64,000 bases of DNA, taken from assembly GCF_018977255.1 (NCBI RefSeq), contig NW_024704742.1, positions 85,934,001 to 85,998,000 on the forward strand, read 5' to 3'. The stretch comes from Callorhinchus milii (Eukaryota). Below are positions 49,346-63,671 of the stretch, one piece after another. Made by a program: the position numbers and the translations under genes. How positions within the stretch are numbered: position 1 is the stretch's first letter; each line of letters starts with the position of its first letter. A model generated the notes under the pieces. The model searched no databases, was not told the origin of the DNA, and saw only the letters and a program-made list of their open reading frames with translations.

Positions 49346-49676
49346 CCCCCCCCCCCCCACCCCCACCCCCGGCACCAGGGAAACCGTCATTCCATTATCC
49401 ACTTTCCCGGTATCATCCACTAAATCAGTGAGGAGATTGTCACCAGAGAGACTGTCACTCACCCCCATTGGAGACCACAGTCTTACCAGGGAACCACAGC
49501 ATTGTCAGTCAGACTGTTAATTCACAACAACTTACACTTACACAGGACACTTCATTTGAAATGCCTTAAATTTTAATTGGCAGTTTTAAAATTCTGATAT
49601 CACTGGGCATTTTGAGGCATTTCCCCGAACGTTAAACTGTATTAACTGTGTCCTCACCTCAGGCACTGACAGCTTC

Positions 49677-50172
49677 AACAACAACAACAACAACAAGATT
49701 CCATTTATAGAGCGCCTTTCACGTCAGGAGGACGTCCCAAGGCGCTGCACAGTTGGGTCATGACCCGAGCAGGGGGGAAATGGTCAGGGTGAGGGGAGGG
49801 AAGGGAGGGAGCGAGGAGGGGGGAAATGGTCAGGGTGAGGGGAGGGAAGGGAGGGAGCGAGGAGGAGGAAGAGAGCCGAGAGGGGAGCTGAAGGCACGGT
49901 CAAAGAGAAAGGTTTTGAGACCGGCCTTGAAGGAGGAAAGGGAGGAAGCGGCGAAGGCACTGGGGATGGAGTTCCAGAGCCTCGGGGCTGAGAGGCTGAA
50001 GGCCCGACCACCGATAGTAGGGCGGTTGGGGCGGGGGACGTGGAGCAGACCGGAGCCAGAGGAACGGAGGGTACGGGCAGGTAGGTAGGGGGATAGTAGG
50101 TTGGAGAGGTAGGAGGGAGCAAGGCCGTGAATGGCCTTGTAGGTGAGGATGAGGATCTTGAAATCAATCCTC
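49677..50172 (-). mobile_element. Young L2 3' end
   Basis: (CAA)n tail and ORF2 C-terminal sequence. Confidence 0.88.
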
Positions 50173-50179
50173 TGGGGGA

Positions 50180-50955
50180 TTCACCATCCATGGTTGCACA
50201 CTCCACCTCATGGAGCCAGTCCAGAACCTTGAGGTCTTGTTCAACCCTCAACTATCCTTTCTACCGCACGTCCATGCCATGACCCGCTCTGCCTTCCCCC
50301 ACCTCCACAACATCACCCGGCTCTGCCACTATTTCACATCACAGGCCGTCGAAACCCTCATACATGCTTTCATAACATCCAGGCTCGACTATGCAAACAC
50401 CCTACTTGTCGGCCTCCCCAACTCCTCCCTCCATAGGCTGCAGATCATCCAGAACTCTGCAGCTCATGTCCTCTCCAGCACCAGGCTCTGTGACCTCATC
50501 ACCCCCATCCTCGCCGACTCCACTGCCTTCCCATCACACAGGATACAGTTTAAGATCCTGGTCCTCACCCTTAAAGCCCTCCATGGCCTTGCTCCCCCCT
50601 ACCACTGCAACCTTTTAACCCCCTAACAACCTGTTCGCTCCCTCCGCTTCGTGGGCTCTGGGCTGCTTCACATCCCCCACCTTGCCCGCCCCACCATTGA
50701 CGGGTAGGTCTTCTGCCACTCTGCCCCCACCCTCTGGAACTCGATCCCGGAGTCCCTCCACCTCGCCCCCTCCCTTGCCTCCTTCAAGACCCATCTCAAG
50801 ACTTTCCTCTTCGACCATGCTTTCCCCCCTTGCCCTCCACCCTTCCCGATCCCGAAACACTTACGCTTACGCGTCCGAAACACTTACTGTCCAGCACCTT
50901 GGGATGTCCTCCCTACATGAAAGGAGCTATTCAAATGTAATTTTGTTGTTGTTGT
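50180..50955 (+). mobile_element. L2 3' fragment
   Basis: VETLIHAFITSRLDYANTLLVGLP..LQIIQNSAA; (TTG)n tail. Confidence 0.9.
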
Positions 50956-53944
50956 TAAATGTGGAAGGTTTATTAAGGTAGAAGAGGTTTTGTTTAAAGT
51001 GGGATTTAAAGACAGACTGTGAAGAGGCAAGTTAGAGAGAATTCCAGTGGTTAGGGCGAAGTAGCTGTTGTGAGCATGGAGCAGGGGGGATATAATAATC
51101 CTTGCATTTAATATAGCCCCTTATCATGCCTTTGAGACGTCTCAAAGCGCTTCGCTTTGGCAACCCGAGTTCACTGATTGGATAGAGGAGTGGGTTCAGA
51201 AAAGATCAAGGAGACAGGAAGGCGAGAGTGTGAAGGGATTTATGGTTGAGGAGATTGAAAAAGATCCCTTTGGAAGACGGATCCAATGGAGCCTGGCAAG
51301 GACTGGGGTGATGATATTGTGGAGTTTGGTGGAGGAGAGGATGTGGAATTTTGGATTCGATGGAGTTTGGTTGGTTGAACTGGGCAGACTGCCGAGGAGT
51401 CTTGAAATGTCTAGGGAGAAGGTAACAAGGTGTGAATAAAGATTTTAGTGGCATTTGATGTGAGGTTGGGGCACAGACAGGCAAAGTGGTGAAGAAAAGC
51501 ATTCTTGGTCAGGACCGAATGTGAAGAAGGACTGCAAGAAAGAAGGGCAAATAGCAGGTAATTGGAATTACAGCACTAAGCTCCAGTGGAGATATTTTAT
51601 TAGCAATTACTCAAGCTTGAAGAGTCAAATAACCTGCTTTTGTGTTGTGATTGTGGTTCTGTTCTGAAAAATATTTTTTTGCAAGATAAATTGTATTATT
51701 TTCCTTAGTATAAGCTCCTTTAGATAGCTGAGGGTGGTGGAGGATTATTTGTTGTCTGTGGTTGCATCTAATCTATTTTTTGTGTTTTAAAAATATATTT
51801 TTATATGTAGCTTTTAGTAACCTGCTGGGTACATTTGAGGCTCCCCAATGACAGGCTAGTCCCAGAGCATTACCAATGCTACTCATGCTTGAATGTAGCT
51901 GAGGAGCAGTGGGGAGACACTTGGCCTGAGAATTGAAGGAATCAAAGTTGTCCCTCCTCTCCCCCCGACCCTCCCCAACACACTCCACTTACCTTCCCCC
52001 CCCCACTCACACACAATTGCAGTGTGTGTTTGCACTCCTACGTTTGTACTGTTATGCACTGAACTGCTACCCTGTTCCTTATAAATGGTCTGCATGCACA
52101 TCTGCTTTATTGATTCTGAGCCAAGGAGAAAAGGGAGGTAACCTTAGCACAAAGAGGAAGTTCTTCAGGTGCTATCTGAAAATGGGGGCGGAGGGACTGA
52201 GGCACAGAGTCACAGGGTCTGTAGTTGCCATCTCTTCCATCTGCCTTGAATATGGGCATAACATTGCCTACTGTGTCAAAACTAAGTGATGTTTGACTCT
52301 TTCAAAATGTCTTGTCAGTCCTTCATCTGTTTCCTCTCCCATCATCTATTTCTTCCTTTGTCTCTCTAAGTATTCTGGGGAGGATACCACCAAACTGAGC
52401 TTAGGCCCATGTCTCAGGAAGTTTGAGATGTTTGGTAGTCTCCATGAAATATACATATGATAACTGTTGCTGATTTTGTTAGATAACCGTAAGGATTCTT
52501 TACGGCTTGCCTGTGTTTTAATCAAAGTGGTGCTTAATGTCTCTCTGGGTCAGAAACAATTGTTTGTGATACCCAGTGATAACGCAAATTGTGGCCACTT
52601 TGGAATGCAATTGAACAAATCTAAACAGTGGCTGACAGATATAATTAGGAAATTATACTGAGCCTGATTGTTATTTGTAATTGCACATGTTCTGTTTGTG
52701 CTTCTTGAAAGTGTGACTTTGACCTATTTTCAATTAGGGGCTTCTGCAAGCTTGTATGAACCCGGGGAAAGAAAGTTTTGAGTGTTTAAGTGTAAGGAAA
52801 ATTTATTTTCAGTAAAATTGCATATCATATCCTCCGTGCACATTGCATAACTGGCTTTAAAATCATTCACACTTCAATGCTTAACAAGTGATACTTCAGA
52901 ACGAAACATAGAACTTTCAGAGAGATAGTTTGCATAATGAAATCACTCTGTGGGAAGCCAGGATGACTGAATTTAGAGCTGAATTTGTCAGCAGAAATGA
53001 TTCTTCACAGGATGCTAAGAAAAGCGAATAGCTGAACCAGTGAGAAAGGGGAGGTGACCTTAGCACGGTCGAAGAGTAAGGTCTTCAGGTGCTATCTGAA
53101 GATGGATGGGGGCAGTGGGGGAGGGTTGGAGTGCACTATGTGAAACATTGCACTTCACATATTGTATTGTGAAGAATTCCACTTTTGGAGATGTCTCAGG
53201 CAATAATTGCTGCAGGGTAACTCCCTTCCTCCCTCACCCCACACTCCGCTCCAATGATTTTGCCAGAAGCCGGTTTCTGCAGTCACTGAGCTGGCTGGTA
53301 CTTTTGATTCTGTCACTGTGCAAATCCTCGCACTTTAGTGAAAGTAAAAGCTGAGGTCAGTGTCTGAACGGCTCTTTGATGGGTCAGCCTAAGACTCATC
53401 AACAAAAACAATGGCAAATTGCAGCAATTGCCCACAAAATATATAGAAAATCCACAGTATATCCTGTGAAGCACTTTGAAACATCACGACGATGTGATCA
53501 GATGCTATATCTTTAAAAAAAAGTGATAAATAAAATAATAATTTGGTCACTCAATCTACAACTGTTTGTGGAATACTGCTGTGTGCAATTGGCTGCCGCG
53601 TTTTGCCCACAAAATATGCAGTCAATTCACTTTACAGTATATTCTGTGAATCACTTTGAGACGTCTCGAAGATCTGATAAGGCGCTATGTCAAATGCAAG
53701 GATTATTGTTATTATACCAAATGCAAGGATTATTATATAGCACCTTTGATGTTGGGAGGACATCCCAAAGTGCTGGAAAGTTCAGGGTTTGCACTCAAGC
53801 TGTGGGTTTGGATTTGGTGTGGCCTGTAGCTTGTGGAGGGAAGAGCTGGGACGTCCAGTGAGCAGAGAGTTGGAGTAGTCTAGCCGGGATAATCATGGAA
53901 GTGATGAAAGCATGGATAAGGGTCTCAGCGGCTCAAGGGAGGAG

Positions 53945-54308
53945 GCCTTGCACCCTCCTACCTCTCTGACCTACTATCCCCCTACTTACCTGCCCGTACC
54001 CTCCATTCCTCTGACTCCGGTCTGTTCCACATCACCCGCCCTACCATTGGTGGCCAGGCTTTCAGCCTCTCAGCCCCGAGGCTCTGGAACTCCATCCCCC
54101 AGTGCCTTCGCCTTGCTTCCTCCCTTTCCTCCTTCAAGGTCGGTCTGAAAATCTTTCTCTTCAGCCGTGCCTTCAGCTCTCCTCTCGACTCTCTACCCCC
54201 TCCTCACTCCCTCCCTTCCCCCCTGCTCGGGTCCCGACCGAACTGTCCAGCGCCTTGGGACGTCCACCTGACGTGAAAGACGCTCTATAAATGCAATCTT
54301 GTTGTTGT
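53945..54308 (+). mobile_element. L2 3' end nested in an opposite-strand L2 (~53850-54680)
   Basis: Tail GGGACGTCCACCTGACGTGAAAGACGCTCTATAAATGCAATCTTGTTGTTG; minus-strand L2 sequence on both sides. Confidence 0.8.
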
Positions 54309-57300
54309 AGTGGTGGAAATGGACAATGTTGCCAAGGTGGGGGAAAGCTCAATGCATCAGGCCACGGACGTGGCGTTTATAGGGCAATTGTGTTGAACAA
54401 GACACCAAAGTTCCGCACTGGCTCCGTAACGTGGAGTGTGCATTAATGTTCAATGAGGTCGCACCTGAGGTGAGAAGGCGCTGACTGGAGCCATGCAGGA
54501 GAACCTTTATTTTATCAACAATCAACTGGAGAAAGTTAGCTCTTTTCCAGGACTTGATATCTGACAGGCAGTCACAACAGCCGTTGCCCTGGACTCGAGG
54601 GTGGAGGTGGAGAGATGGAATTGGGTGTCATTGTAAAAATGTGGAAGTTGATACATGCCTGCAGATGACATCCCAGGAGCATATAGATAGTAAAGCCAAT
54701 TGGACATGCCTACAGTCGTGACAATTTCCCAAAATGCATAAGAAGACTGCGGTCGCACAACTCGCAGTTAGGCCTCACAGTCAAATAAGCAAGCAATCTA
54801 GGTTTCTTACACATCAGAGACCACAGAATTCAATTAAAACCAAGGGAACTGTTTTCATTAGTTTGAGGCGTTTCGCCTCTCAGCAATCACACACCTCCTG
54901 TTTCCACAAAATAGTTAATGGTTGATGCAAAAATGCATGTAAAGGATGGCTGTTTAGAGAGATTTGTTTCAATTGGAGGTTATGAAAAGCCTTCTCCCAG
55001 AACTGATAGATACTTGAAGTTGAGAGAGGCAGAGAAACCTGCTTCTATATATTAAAAAACGTGCACCATAAAATGTAAGTATTTTCTTTTTGAAACTTCA
55101 AACAAAATCAGATAAAACTACTGAGAAGGTCTTATTATTTTGATATGTAATAATATTTTGCGAATTCCTGGTTCAGTTACTAGGACCTTTATCTCCAGGT
55201 CAAAAGGTTATGGATTCAAGCCTCATGACACAACTTTGAACTCACAGTCTAGGCTGGCATTCCATTGCAATGCAGATACAATTCTCCTGCCATGTTTCCT
55301 CACAGAAACAATCGCTACACAGTTCTTGGGTACGACTGAAAAGAGGTAGTCAGCATGTGAGCTAGGTAGCTATAATGCTGTTGATGAATTGGTCAGATGC
55401 AGACGTGGGACACGTGTGAATTTGCAAACATTGCAATGAGCTGCTCCCAAATTCCTGTTACTGCTTATGGTTTTAACATTCTTCTACTACTGTATTACGA
55501 TGGATGACTGGTTGTAGACTGGCACACCAGAGGGAGCTCTTTTGCAGATAAGGCTGAGGCACACAGCTAGCTCAAGATCTGGAACAGTTGTGGACTCCTC
55601 TGCATTTGATACTTCCATTTGCAAAAAATTATCCGAGCACTTTGGGTGAAAAAAGAGAGAAAAGAAAAGATTATCTTCCAATGAATGTCCAAGACTTTGC
55701 TAAAAATACAATTGTCAATGAATATGTTTTTTTTCGGGGGGTTAGCTGCTAAATAATTAACTCCTAAATAATTAGCTGCTATATCTAATTCAATAACAAT
55801 CTTTCAGAATTCCCCCATTCCAACATTCTCTACAGCTGTTTCCTCCACCATTACTGTGTGTCCATCAGGATTTGTGAATCAACAAAAGGGTCGGGTAATG
55901 CCTCGACGGGCTTAACACGCATAGGGTTGGATGCTGAGGGGATGGGGAAGAGAAGGTGGCCATAGCATGTTCACAGAGGTAGGATTTGAGGTCGGACAGA
56001 GAGGGGCCAAGAGTGGTAAAGGGAGGGAGTTCCAGAAAGTATGGGCGTAGGAACTGAAGGTAACATGGAGAGAGCAGGTACACACAGCAAACCCCACTTA
56101 GCTGAGCGGAGGGAGTTGCACCATGGACTAGCTCAATCATTACTCAGAGAATTCCAAATCTCCCATTTTTGGGCAAAAGTGTTTCCACCTATTGAGAAAG
56201 ACCAGGAAACTTGTACCTAGGCCGCTGTCTCACCTGGGAAATGGTGCACGGCTGGGGGTGGGGTGGACAGGTCAGTCTCAGAAATAGAATTAAATCTCAC
56301 AAAGGTGCAAAAAATAAAAATAATTGAAAATAATTATTCAGCTCTTCATAATGGCAACTATTTATAACCATCTTGTTTGATTACACAGACAGCAGTTATC
56401 TTTGTTCCACAGGGAGGTTGGATGTGGTAGACTTCTATCATTACATTGTATTGGACTATGTGATGAAGTGCTTTATTCATCAAAAATAATTGTACATTTA
56501 TTGCTCCTAATACCACCACAATGTGTCAAGTCCTCACTATTAACTAGGTGCTTCAGTTTCGGTTCTGACTTCACAGTATTAACTTCATATAAAACTGTTG
56601 GATTGGGAACTAATGTAGAATGTACAAACCGATTGTAGCAGGATATGTAGCAAAGTTGCCACTAATTTTTTCATCGATTTTATTCCTAAAGGAGCAATTA
56701 ACAACGCTGCTGTACTAAAACAAATCTATTGAGTCAAGAGAACTGGAGTTTTGGAGCTGCTGTGTTAATAGTTAAATAACAGAGCTGCCTCAATGGCTGA
56801 GTGGATCATTGCACTGGATTCATTGAAAACACAGCTTGATGCTGTGAGGGAGGATGATCAGATGGGTGGTCAGATAGGATGAGATCAAATAGGCTAAAGG
56901 GCCTTCTTCATCCGAACCCTTCTTACAATCTTGTGAAGAGAGGAGGAAAATCATCCTATACGGCTTCTCTTACTGCATATTGTATTTATTGTGTTTCTGA
57001 ACACCTTCCTCTGCATCAGTCAATCCACTGACTGAAATGTTACTGAATGTTTACTAACTGATAGGTAAACAGAAGGGTGTGGAGTAAGGAAGCTTGCCTA
57101 AGGTTTTGTCCTGCCTGGGATTCAAACCTGAGTTCTCTCGCTTGGGAGGTGAGAGAGCTAACCACTAAAAGAACCTCTCAAAGCACTTAATATGCTTAAT
57201 AAACGTGCGCTTGATGTGAGCAATTGACACTAACCATGAAATGAGAGAAATTTAGAGATGGTTAAAAAAGAGAGGTTTTCAGGAGATTCTTGAAAGCGAG

Positions 57301-59099
57301 AAATAGCAAGAAGTGATAGCTGTACAGGTGTGTGCAGGAGAAACTCTTGTGGTGATGGCAATGGGAGAAGTTGGAGTGATATCATGCAATGGAGGTAGAC
57401 TACTGAGGAGAATGAAGTGGTCAGTGGTGTCAGAGATATAGAAACAGTGAGCAAGGCCACTGACTAGCGCAATCTCAGTATAACAGCATCGGAAACTGGA
57501 TTAAACTGAATCAGAAATGGCAAGAGATAAGCTCATTGCAGGGTGGAATTACAATGTTAAGAACTTAAAGAGAATAGGAGGGGTCTTAAATGGGTGAACA
57601 GCAAAAGCTCTTATAGATTAAAGAACTGATTGATTTTGTAAGTAACAAAGAAACTGTTAAAACAAGATACGAGACTGTACTAGTCAAAATCATTAAAAGT
57701 CAAAGGTGATCTGTGATGTGAGATTTATGGTACTACCATTGGTTATATTGAATACTTGTTGAACATGCATTTTAAGCCACATGACTTTAATACTTATCCT
57801 TTACTGTTTGGTTTGCACTATCTGGGCTCATCACAAGATGGCACGATGTTAGCTATCATCAGGAGCTGGACCCTAATCTTCATCAGTGCACACAATATGC
57901 CTTTAACAATAACAACAACTTGCATTTATATAGTGCCCTTCATGCGGGGTAGCGTCCCAGAGTGCTTAATTGTTTCCACATGAGCGTTATCATTATTTTA
58001 AATAACATGTGGATCATATATTCCTGCTGAAAGGCAAACATTCGCATTTACTACATAGGGATCACATATCTGGGATGAAATAATTGTTACTAAAACATTC
58101 TTGCATGTGATTGCACAGTTCCTAATGTAATTTGAACTCCTCCAGTTTTGTATTACCCTGTATGTCACGCACCCCAGCTTGTGTCTTTCCTTATACATTA
58201 ATGACTGAAGTGACTGAGAATCATAGAAAATTTACATTTGGTCCATTTTGCGTGCTGTTCTAACTCGCCCCACTGCAGCTATCTGCTTTAACCCAATTCC
58301 ATTACTCTTTCCTGTGTCCTTTTACATTCTTCCCTAGGAAATTATCCAATTCCCTCTTAAATATTTTTGATATAACTACTATGACTCTTTGTGCTAATGA
58401 ATTCTATATTGTAACCACCACTAAAGGTATTCAATTTAATATCTTTTTTTTAGATAATAGTGAAATTATTATTATTTTAAGATTAAATTTTATTATATAA
58501 TGGGTACAGGGTAGCGTAGTTTATCTTTAAAATAAATTAAATCAAGTATATTACAGATTGGATGATGGAGTCTAAAATATGGCAATTTCTAACAGGATTC
58601 CTTAATAGGATCTCAAATCACAAAAGGGGGCTCTTTCTTGTAAGTGAAAGTTCTGAACTCCGACCTGGAAATGGATAGCTTTGGAGCGGGATTCCCTACA
58701 GTTAAACATGGCATACTTCTGGTTACAAGAGTACATATTTGCAACTTGGAGTCAGTATTAAGATGTGCAGTTAAGAATCATTGTGTTATCGATCACAATC
58801 TAGGGCACATAGGCATGAAATCACTTTGTTGGAGTATTTTGTCCCAATAATCCACAAATGCAGCCCTCAAATTAAAGAACAATCTGTCCTCCCAGACACT
58901 AATGCTGAAATTCTGGTCCAAGCCTCTCATACTGTTTTTTTTTGGTCAGTCATGGATCTTTGGTTTCTTGTCTCATCCGAAGAACAGTATCTCTGACAAT
59001 GCATTGCTCCCCCAGCACTGCCAATGAGTGTCAGTCAAGAGTATGAACTTAGAGTCTCGACTTCATACTTGAACCTGTAACTATGTCAAAATAGTGTGA

Positions 59100-59970
59100 G
59101 GCAGCAGTACACAAGGCAAATAGGATGCTGGGCTATAATGTTAAATCAGTTGAGCTTGGATCCCCAGATGTTATGCTCAAGCTATATTGTGTTCTGTTCA
59201 GGCCATACCTGGAGTACTGCATACAGTTCTGGTCATTGCGACATAAGGCAGTTCAGAGGAGAGCAATTAGTTGATCCCCAATGTTAGAGGAATGAGTTGT
59301 AAGCAATGATTAGACAAGTTAAGGCTCTTCAGTCTTGAGAGAAGATGCCTCAAAAGGAACCTTAATAATTATAATAATCCTTGCATTTGATATAGTGCTT
59401 TTCACGTCTTCTAGATGTCTCAAAACGCTTTACAGAATATACTGTTAAGTAAATTGACTGTATATTTGTGGGCAAAACCCGGCAGCCAATTGGGTACAGC
59501 AGTGTCCCACAAACTGTTGTGGATTGAAGTAACCAATTTTATTATTGTGCTTTTTTTCTTGAGGGATTATTATCAGGCATGTGGAGTAAGGAAAGTTACC
59601 CAAAGTTTTGCCCTGCCGTGAATCGAACCGAGGTCCCAGGCGAGTGCTTTAATCACTGAGCTACAGAACTCCTATAGAGGTGTATAACATTTTAAATGGA
59701 ATTGAAAAAGGAGACCCAGAACAATTGGATGAAACAAGGCAGTAGAATAAGAGGGAAAAGGTTTAGAATTGGAAAGGGCAATTTGAGGACAGAGACCAGG
59801 ACGTTTTTCTTTACGCAGAGGGCAATTAAAGACTGGAACAGGTTTTCTAGGAAGCGTCAAGCAGTACACTGAACTTATTTTTTTTTAAAAATGTGATGCT
59901 GTGATTTGAGGGATTGTTCTGGAGGGTTGAGATCAAATGGGCAAATCTTTGTCTGAACTACTCTTGTATT
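59100..59970 (+). mobile_element. Degraded CR1 fragment (SINE-interrupted)
   Basis: RPYLEYCIQFWS-like and LFSLERRCL-like peptides. Confidence 0.7.
59363..59672 (-). mobile_element. tRNA-derived SINE inserted into a CR1 fragment
   Basis: Family motifs; CR1-like sequence continues on both sides. Confidence 0.85.
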
Positions 59971-62900
59971 CCCGTGACCTTCTGACAATAATGTTGAAAT
60001 GCCTGAGAAGGTTGATTTACATTTTGCAATATATAAAGATATTGAGAAACTGACCTGATGTGAAATGGAACAAGAACACTGAATCTGAAAGGAAATTACA
60101 GTGTAGAAAAAAAGAAATAATGTTTAAAATAGGTTTAAATAGAAGGCAATAGTTAGGTAAAATACCAAAGAACATCAAATAAATTGAGAAAGCAACAACA
60201 CAATATAAACAAGACAATAAATGGTGAGAAAGAATAAGTTAAAATGTCCTAGATAAAGAAAAGGGATTTAGTTTTTTTTAGTGTGAACCATTTTGCACAA
60301 TGATCATAGAGTGTCTCAAGTCATTACACACAGAGTGGTACTTTGCTAAATGCCTTTTGTGGGAATCAGAACATACACTGAACGCAGAGTAGAAAGCGAT
60401 TGAACTGGTAAATCTAACTTCTCCTGGTAGTGCTTTACAGGATATTCTGTGAAGCACTTTGAGACATCTCGACGCCATGATAAGGAGTTATATCAAATGC
60501 AAGTATTATTATTATTAGTAGTAATTATGCATAGTGTGATTTCTCTCATTCTTCAGGTAGAATCAATATAAGTAAAAAGCATGCACTATCTAACGTAGCT
60601 GCATAGTCTGTCATGGTCACCCCCTCTTTTACATAACTTGTTTGTCTTTAATAATTATCATTTCTGTTTAATGTATGCATTGGAAACATTAACCTGTTGA
60701 AAGTGTTCAATATTTCTATCATGTAGTTTAAAGCATTGATTACTTAAATGCGGTTATTGTGAGGACATGGATCTTGAACTCAATTCTCTGGGGGATTGGG
60801 AGTCAGTGAAGCCGGGCAAGGATAGGGGTGATCGGATCACAAGCCTAGTGTGGCAGAGGACACAAGCTACAGAATTCTGAATAATCTGCAGCTTGTGGAG
60901 GGAAGAGTTGGGAAGTCCAGTTAGCAGGAAGTTAGTATAATTGAGCTTGGACGTAATGAAAACGGAGGTAAGCAGGATGCTCTATGTCTTTTTTGCTCTA
61001 TCATTTAGATGATTCACAATTAAGTCTGGGGACTCTGACTGTCTTTCCGACTTTCATTCGAGATGGAGAGACCTTAACATTATAGACCCTCTGTTTGACA
61101 CCTGCCTCGCTCTTTTCAATACCAATCACGTTCTGATCTTCTGCATTGCAATCTCTCAAGGAAATGTGGGGCTGAAAGGGTTAAGTGCTTTGAGCCATTT
61201 ATCCAATGTGAAAGGCATGGTAGACCGCAAGTTGTTAATGTTCAGAAAGAAGTGTTTATTCACTTGTTGAGAAATTGAATTTCCACCTTCTCAGACAGCC
61301 GCTCTTCACATTCGCCAGGGCTATTATTTTAGAAATTGAATTGGATCTGGGCACGAGGCCTCATCTGGGAACAATAAACAGGATGTGAAAAGCTGGGAGA
61401 TGGCAGGCAGCTTTACATGTCATCGTTTGCAGTATTCCCCAGACACCCCCTGATGTCAGCAGACAGCACCTGCCCAGCATCTTCATGACACTCGCTCAGC
61501 TTGCCCACTTGAAGTCAATCATCTATTCAGTCCAAAACAAGTATCAAGTTAGTAATTAATTCATCACCCGCCAGGCCTCCTGCGCTATATAGCTCCTCGC
61601 TTTTCACTCTTTCATCTTACTTAACAGCTTTTGCTTCCAATCACACCTCCATTAACTCGCGCAAATACCATTTAAGGGGTAAAGGTATACTCCCCAAAGT
61701 CGCTGTAATACTTCACGTACAGAACAGGCCTATATATAGCTGATTGTGACAATGCAAGTTAGACCGCAGAGCTTTGGATATCTGTATTGAAATCACTTGA
61801 GTGTCTATTCTCTTGTCAATGGAATATAGTGTGCTAACGTGGTTCAGGGGCAGGATAATGTTAAAATCCATCCTCTGTGGGAGCTCTTGTTTCTCACTTT
61901 AGGAACGGGTAACAGATATTTCAGGAGTGCTTTCATTATATTTGACTGTTGTTGCAGGGTTAAAACATCTGGGCTCTGGGATAACCTCTGGAGCCGGTTT
62001 AAGATGAACAGCGGTGTGCCGTCACATGCGCAGCCCGGGCTCGGCAGGAAGGGGATGCTAGGGAAACGACAGTCAAAGCCAATCACTTCAACCTGTGGCA
62101 CAAGCAGGATATGCCCCGGCCGCTGTGTGGCTCCGATGTGAAAGCTGCCTCTCTGCTGTGCAGCACAAGGCTGGATACACGGCAGGCGGCAATTATTTCT
62201 TCCCTTTACACAGACTTCAATAATCTCCGTTCTTTTTAATATCCAAGATGACTTTGCACTGATTTCACTTCCAGTGTACCAGCCAGCCCCTTTAATAACC
62301 TCAAGAGGTTTCCAGTAGGTGGAAGAGAGAGGGGAGGAAGAAAAAGTTTGAAAAACAGGTGAGTTTTCTAAAACCTTCCTTTAATGGTGCAATATTACTG
62401 TCTTTGCTGTAAAGTCAAATGTTCTGTACTTGAATATTCAATGGAATGTGGAAATGTACTTTTCTATTTGTTCTGAGCTATTGAACAATCTCGGCACTTA
62501 TTGTACTCTTTGGTCCTGGATGTTCAGTGCATTCTGTTGATTCCCCAACACAGCTTCTCTTTGGGGTTATGGAATATAATTTCAGCAACTTTTATTATCT
62601 TTACTCGTATGTAAACTTTGTAGTTGAGGTTAATTGAGAATTACAAAGCATTCCCTGAAGCACTAGATTGTTTTGCACACACTGCCCAGCTGAGGTAGCC
62701 AACACCGCAATTCCTGAGCAGGGCTATGCCTGGAAGACCTGGAAGACAAGGGAGCCTTAGGTATGCAATGGCCTTTCACTTAGGAAATCCGAGTTTAAAT
62801 CCTCTGGCGTCTCCAGGCCTTGTATTTTGTGAACCTGCACCTTATACTCTTCGAGGTAAGGTATGCAGGGGGCATCCCTCCAGGGAGAGAGTGTGCATTC

Positions 62901-63671
62901 CATTCAAGACACAGGAAAATTTCTGTGTGTATGTTGGCATACATATAAACGCCTCTGTCTTGTTTGGATACTCTTAAGCATGGTGATGGGTTTCCACATG
63001 TGTCACCCGGCTGACCAGTGCTTGAAGAAAGATTTTTCTTAAATAACCCATTTGCTAGTCTTTGTAGTGAATTCATTTAGACTATTTTACCTACTATGTA
63101 TTTACTTGGATAAGTACATCCAATTTCCTACTTGCTGTTTCTGTATTAATTTGGAGTTTTTATTGAACTAATCACAGGATCACAAGTGATGATTGGATGA
63201 AGAAAGCCCTTTGGCACATCTGATTTTTTTGATCACCGTGGCTATTTGTCGGACATTGCTGTGGCAAACTGGCTGCCACTATTGCCTACCCTCTTAGTAA
63301 AATCCTGTGAAGAACTTTGAAACTAGAAAACGAAATAAATATCTAAACAGAGTAAACCATAGGAGTATGGGGAAAGGATAGGTAAATGGAGTAGAAAACA
63401 TTGCTTATAAAAGATCCAGGACAATGGACTGGATAGCCTTCTTCTGCGCTGTAAGCTTCTATGGTTGTGATGATGTAATAAGGCTCTATATCAAAAATGC
63501 AACGATGATAATTATTTTATCTTTCCAATGTAAACCAAACTTTTTTTTCACATGCATATCATGTATCTCAGAATAGGAATGATTAAACTTCTAATATATA
63601 TGGTTATCTCCAGTTGATCTTTGACTGTTGGTTTCTTCTATTTGTGCTGTGCGTTAAAATCAAATACAATA

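Larger units (their letters stand above)
47040..49400. promoter_or_regulatory. GC/CpG-rich island around TBC exon 1 and promoter
   Basis: Strong local GC and CpG enrichment versus AT-rich flanks, spanning the first coding exon. Confidence 0.7.

Noticed and set aside
48412..49423. ORFs with VTMATIT / RHHGDHH repeats
   Set aside because: Translations of the 27-bp promoter minisatellite; no splice or homology support
61839..62358. TRPM3 first coding exon expected from mammalian CEMIP2 synteny
   Set aside because: No frame resembles TRPM3 N-terminal peptides as I recall them
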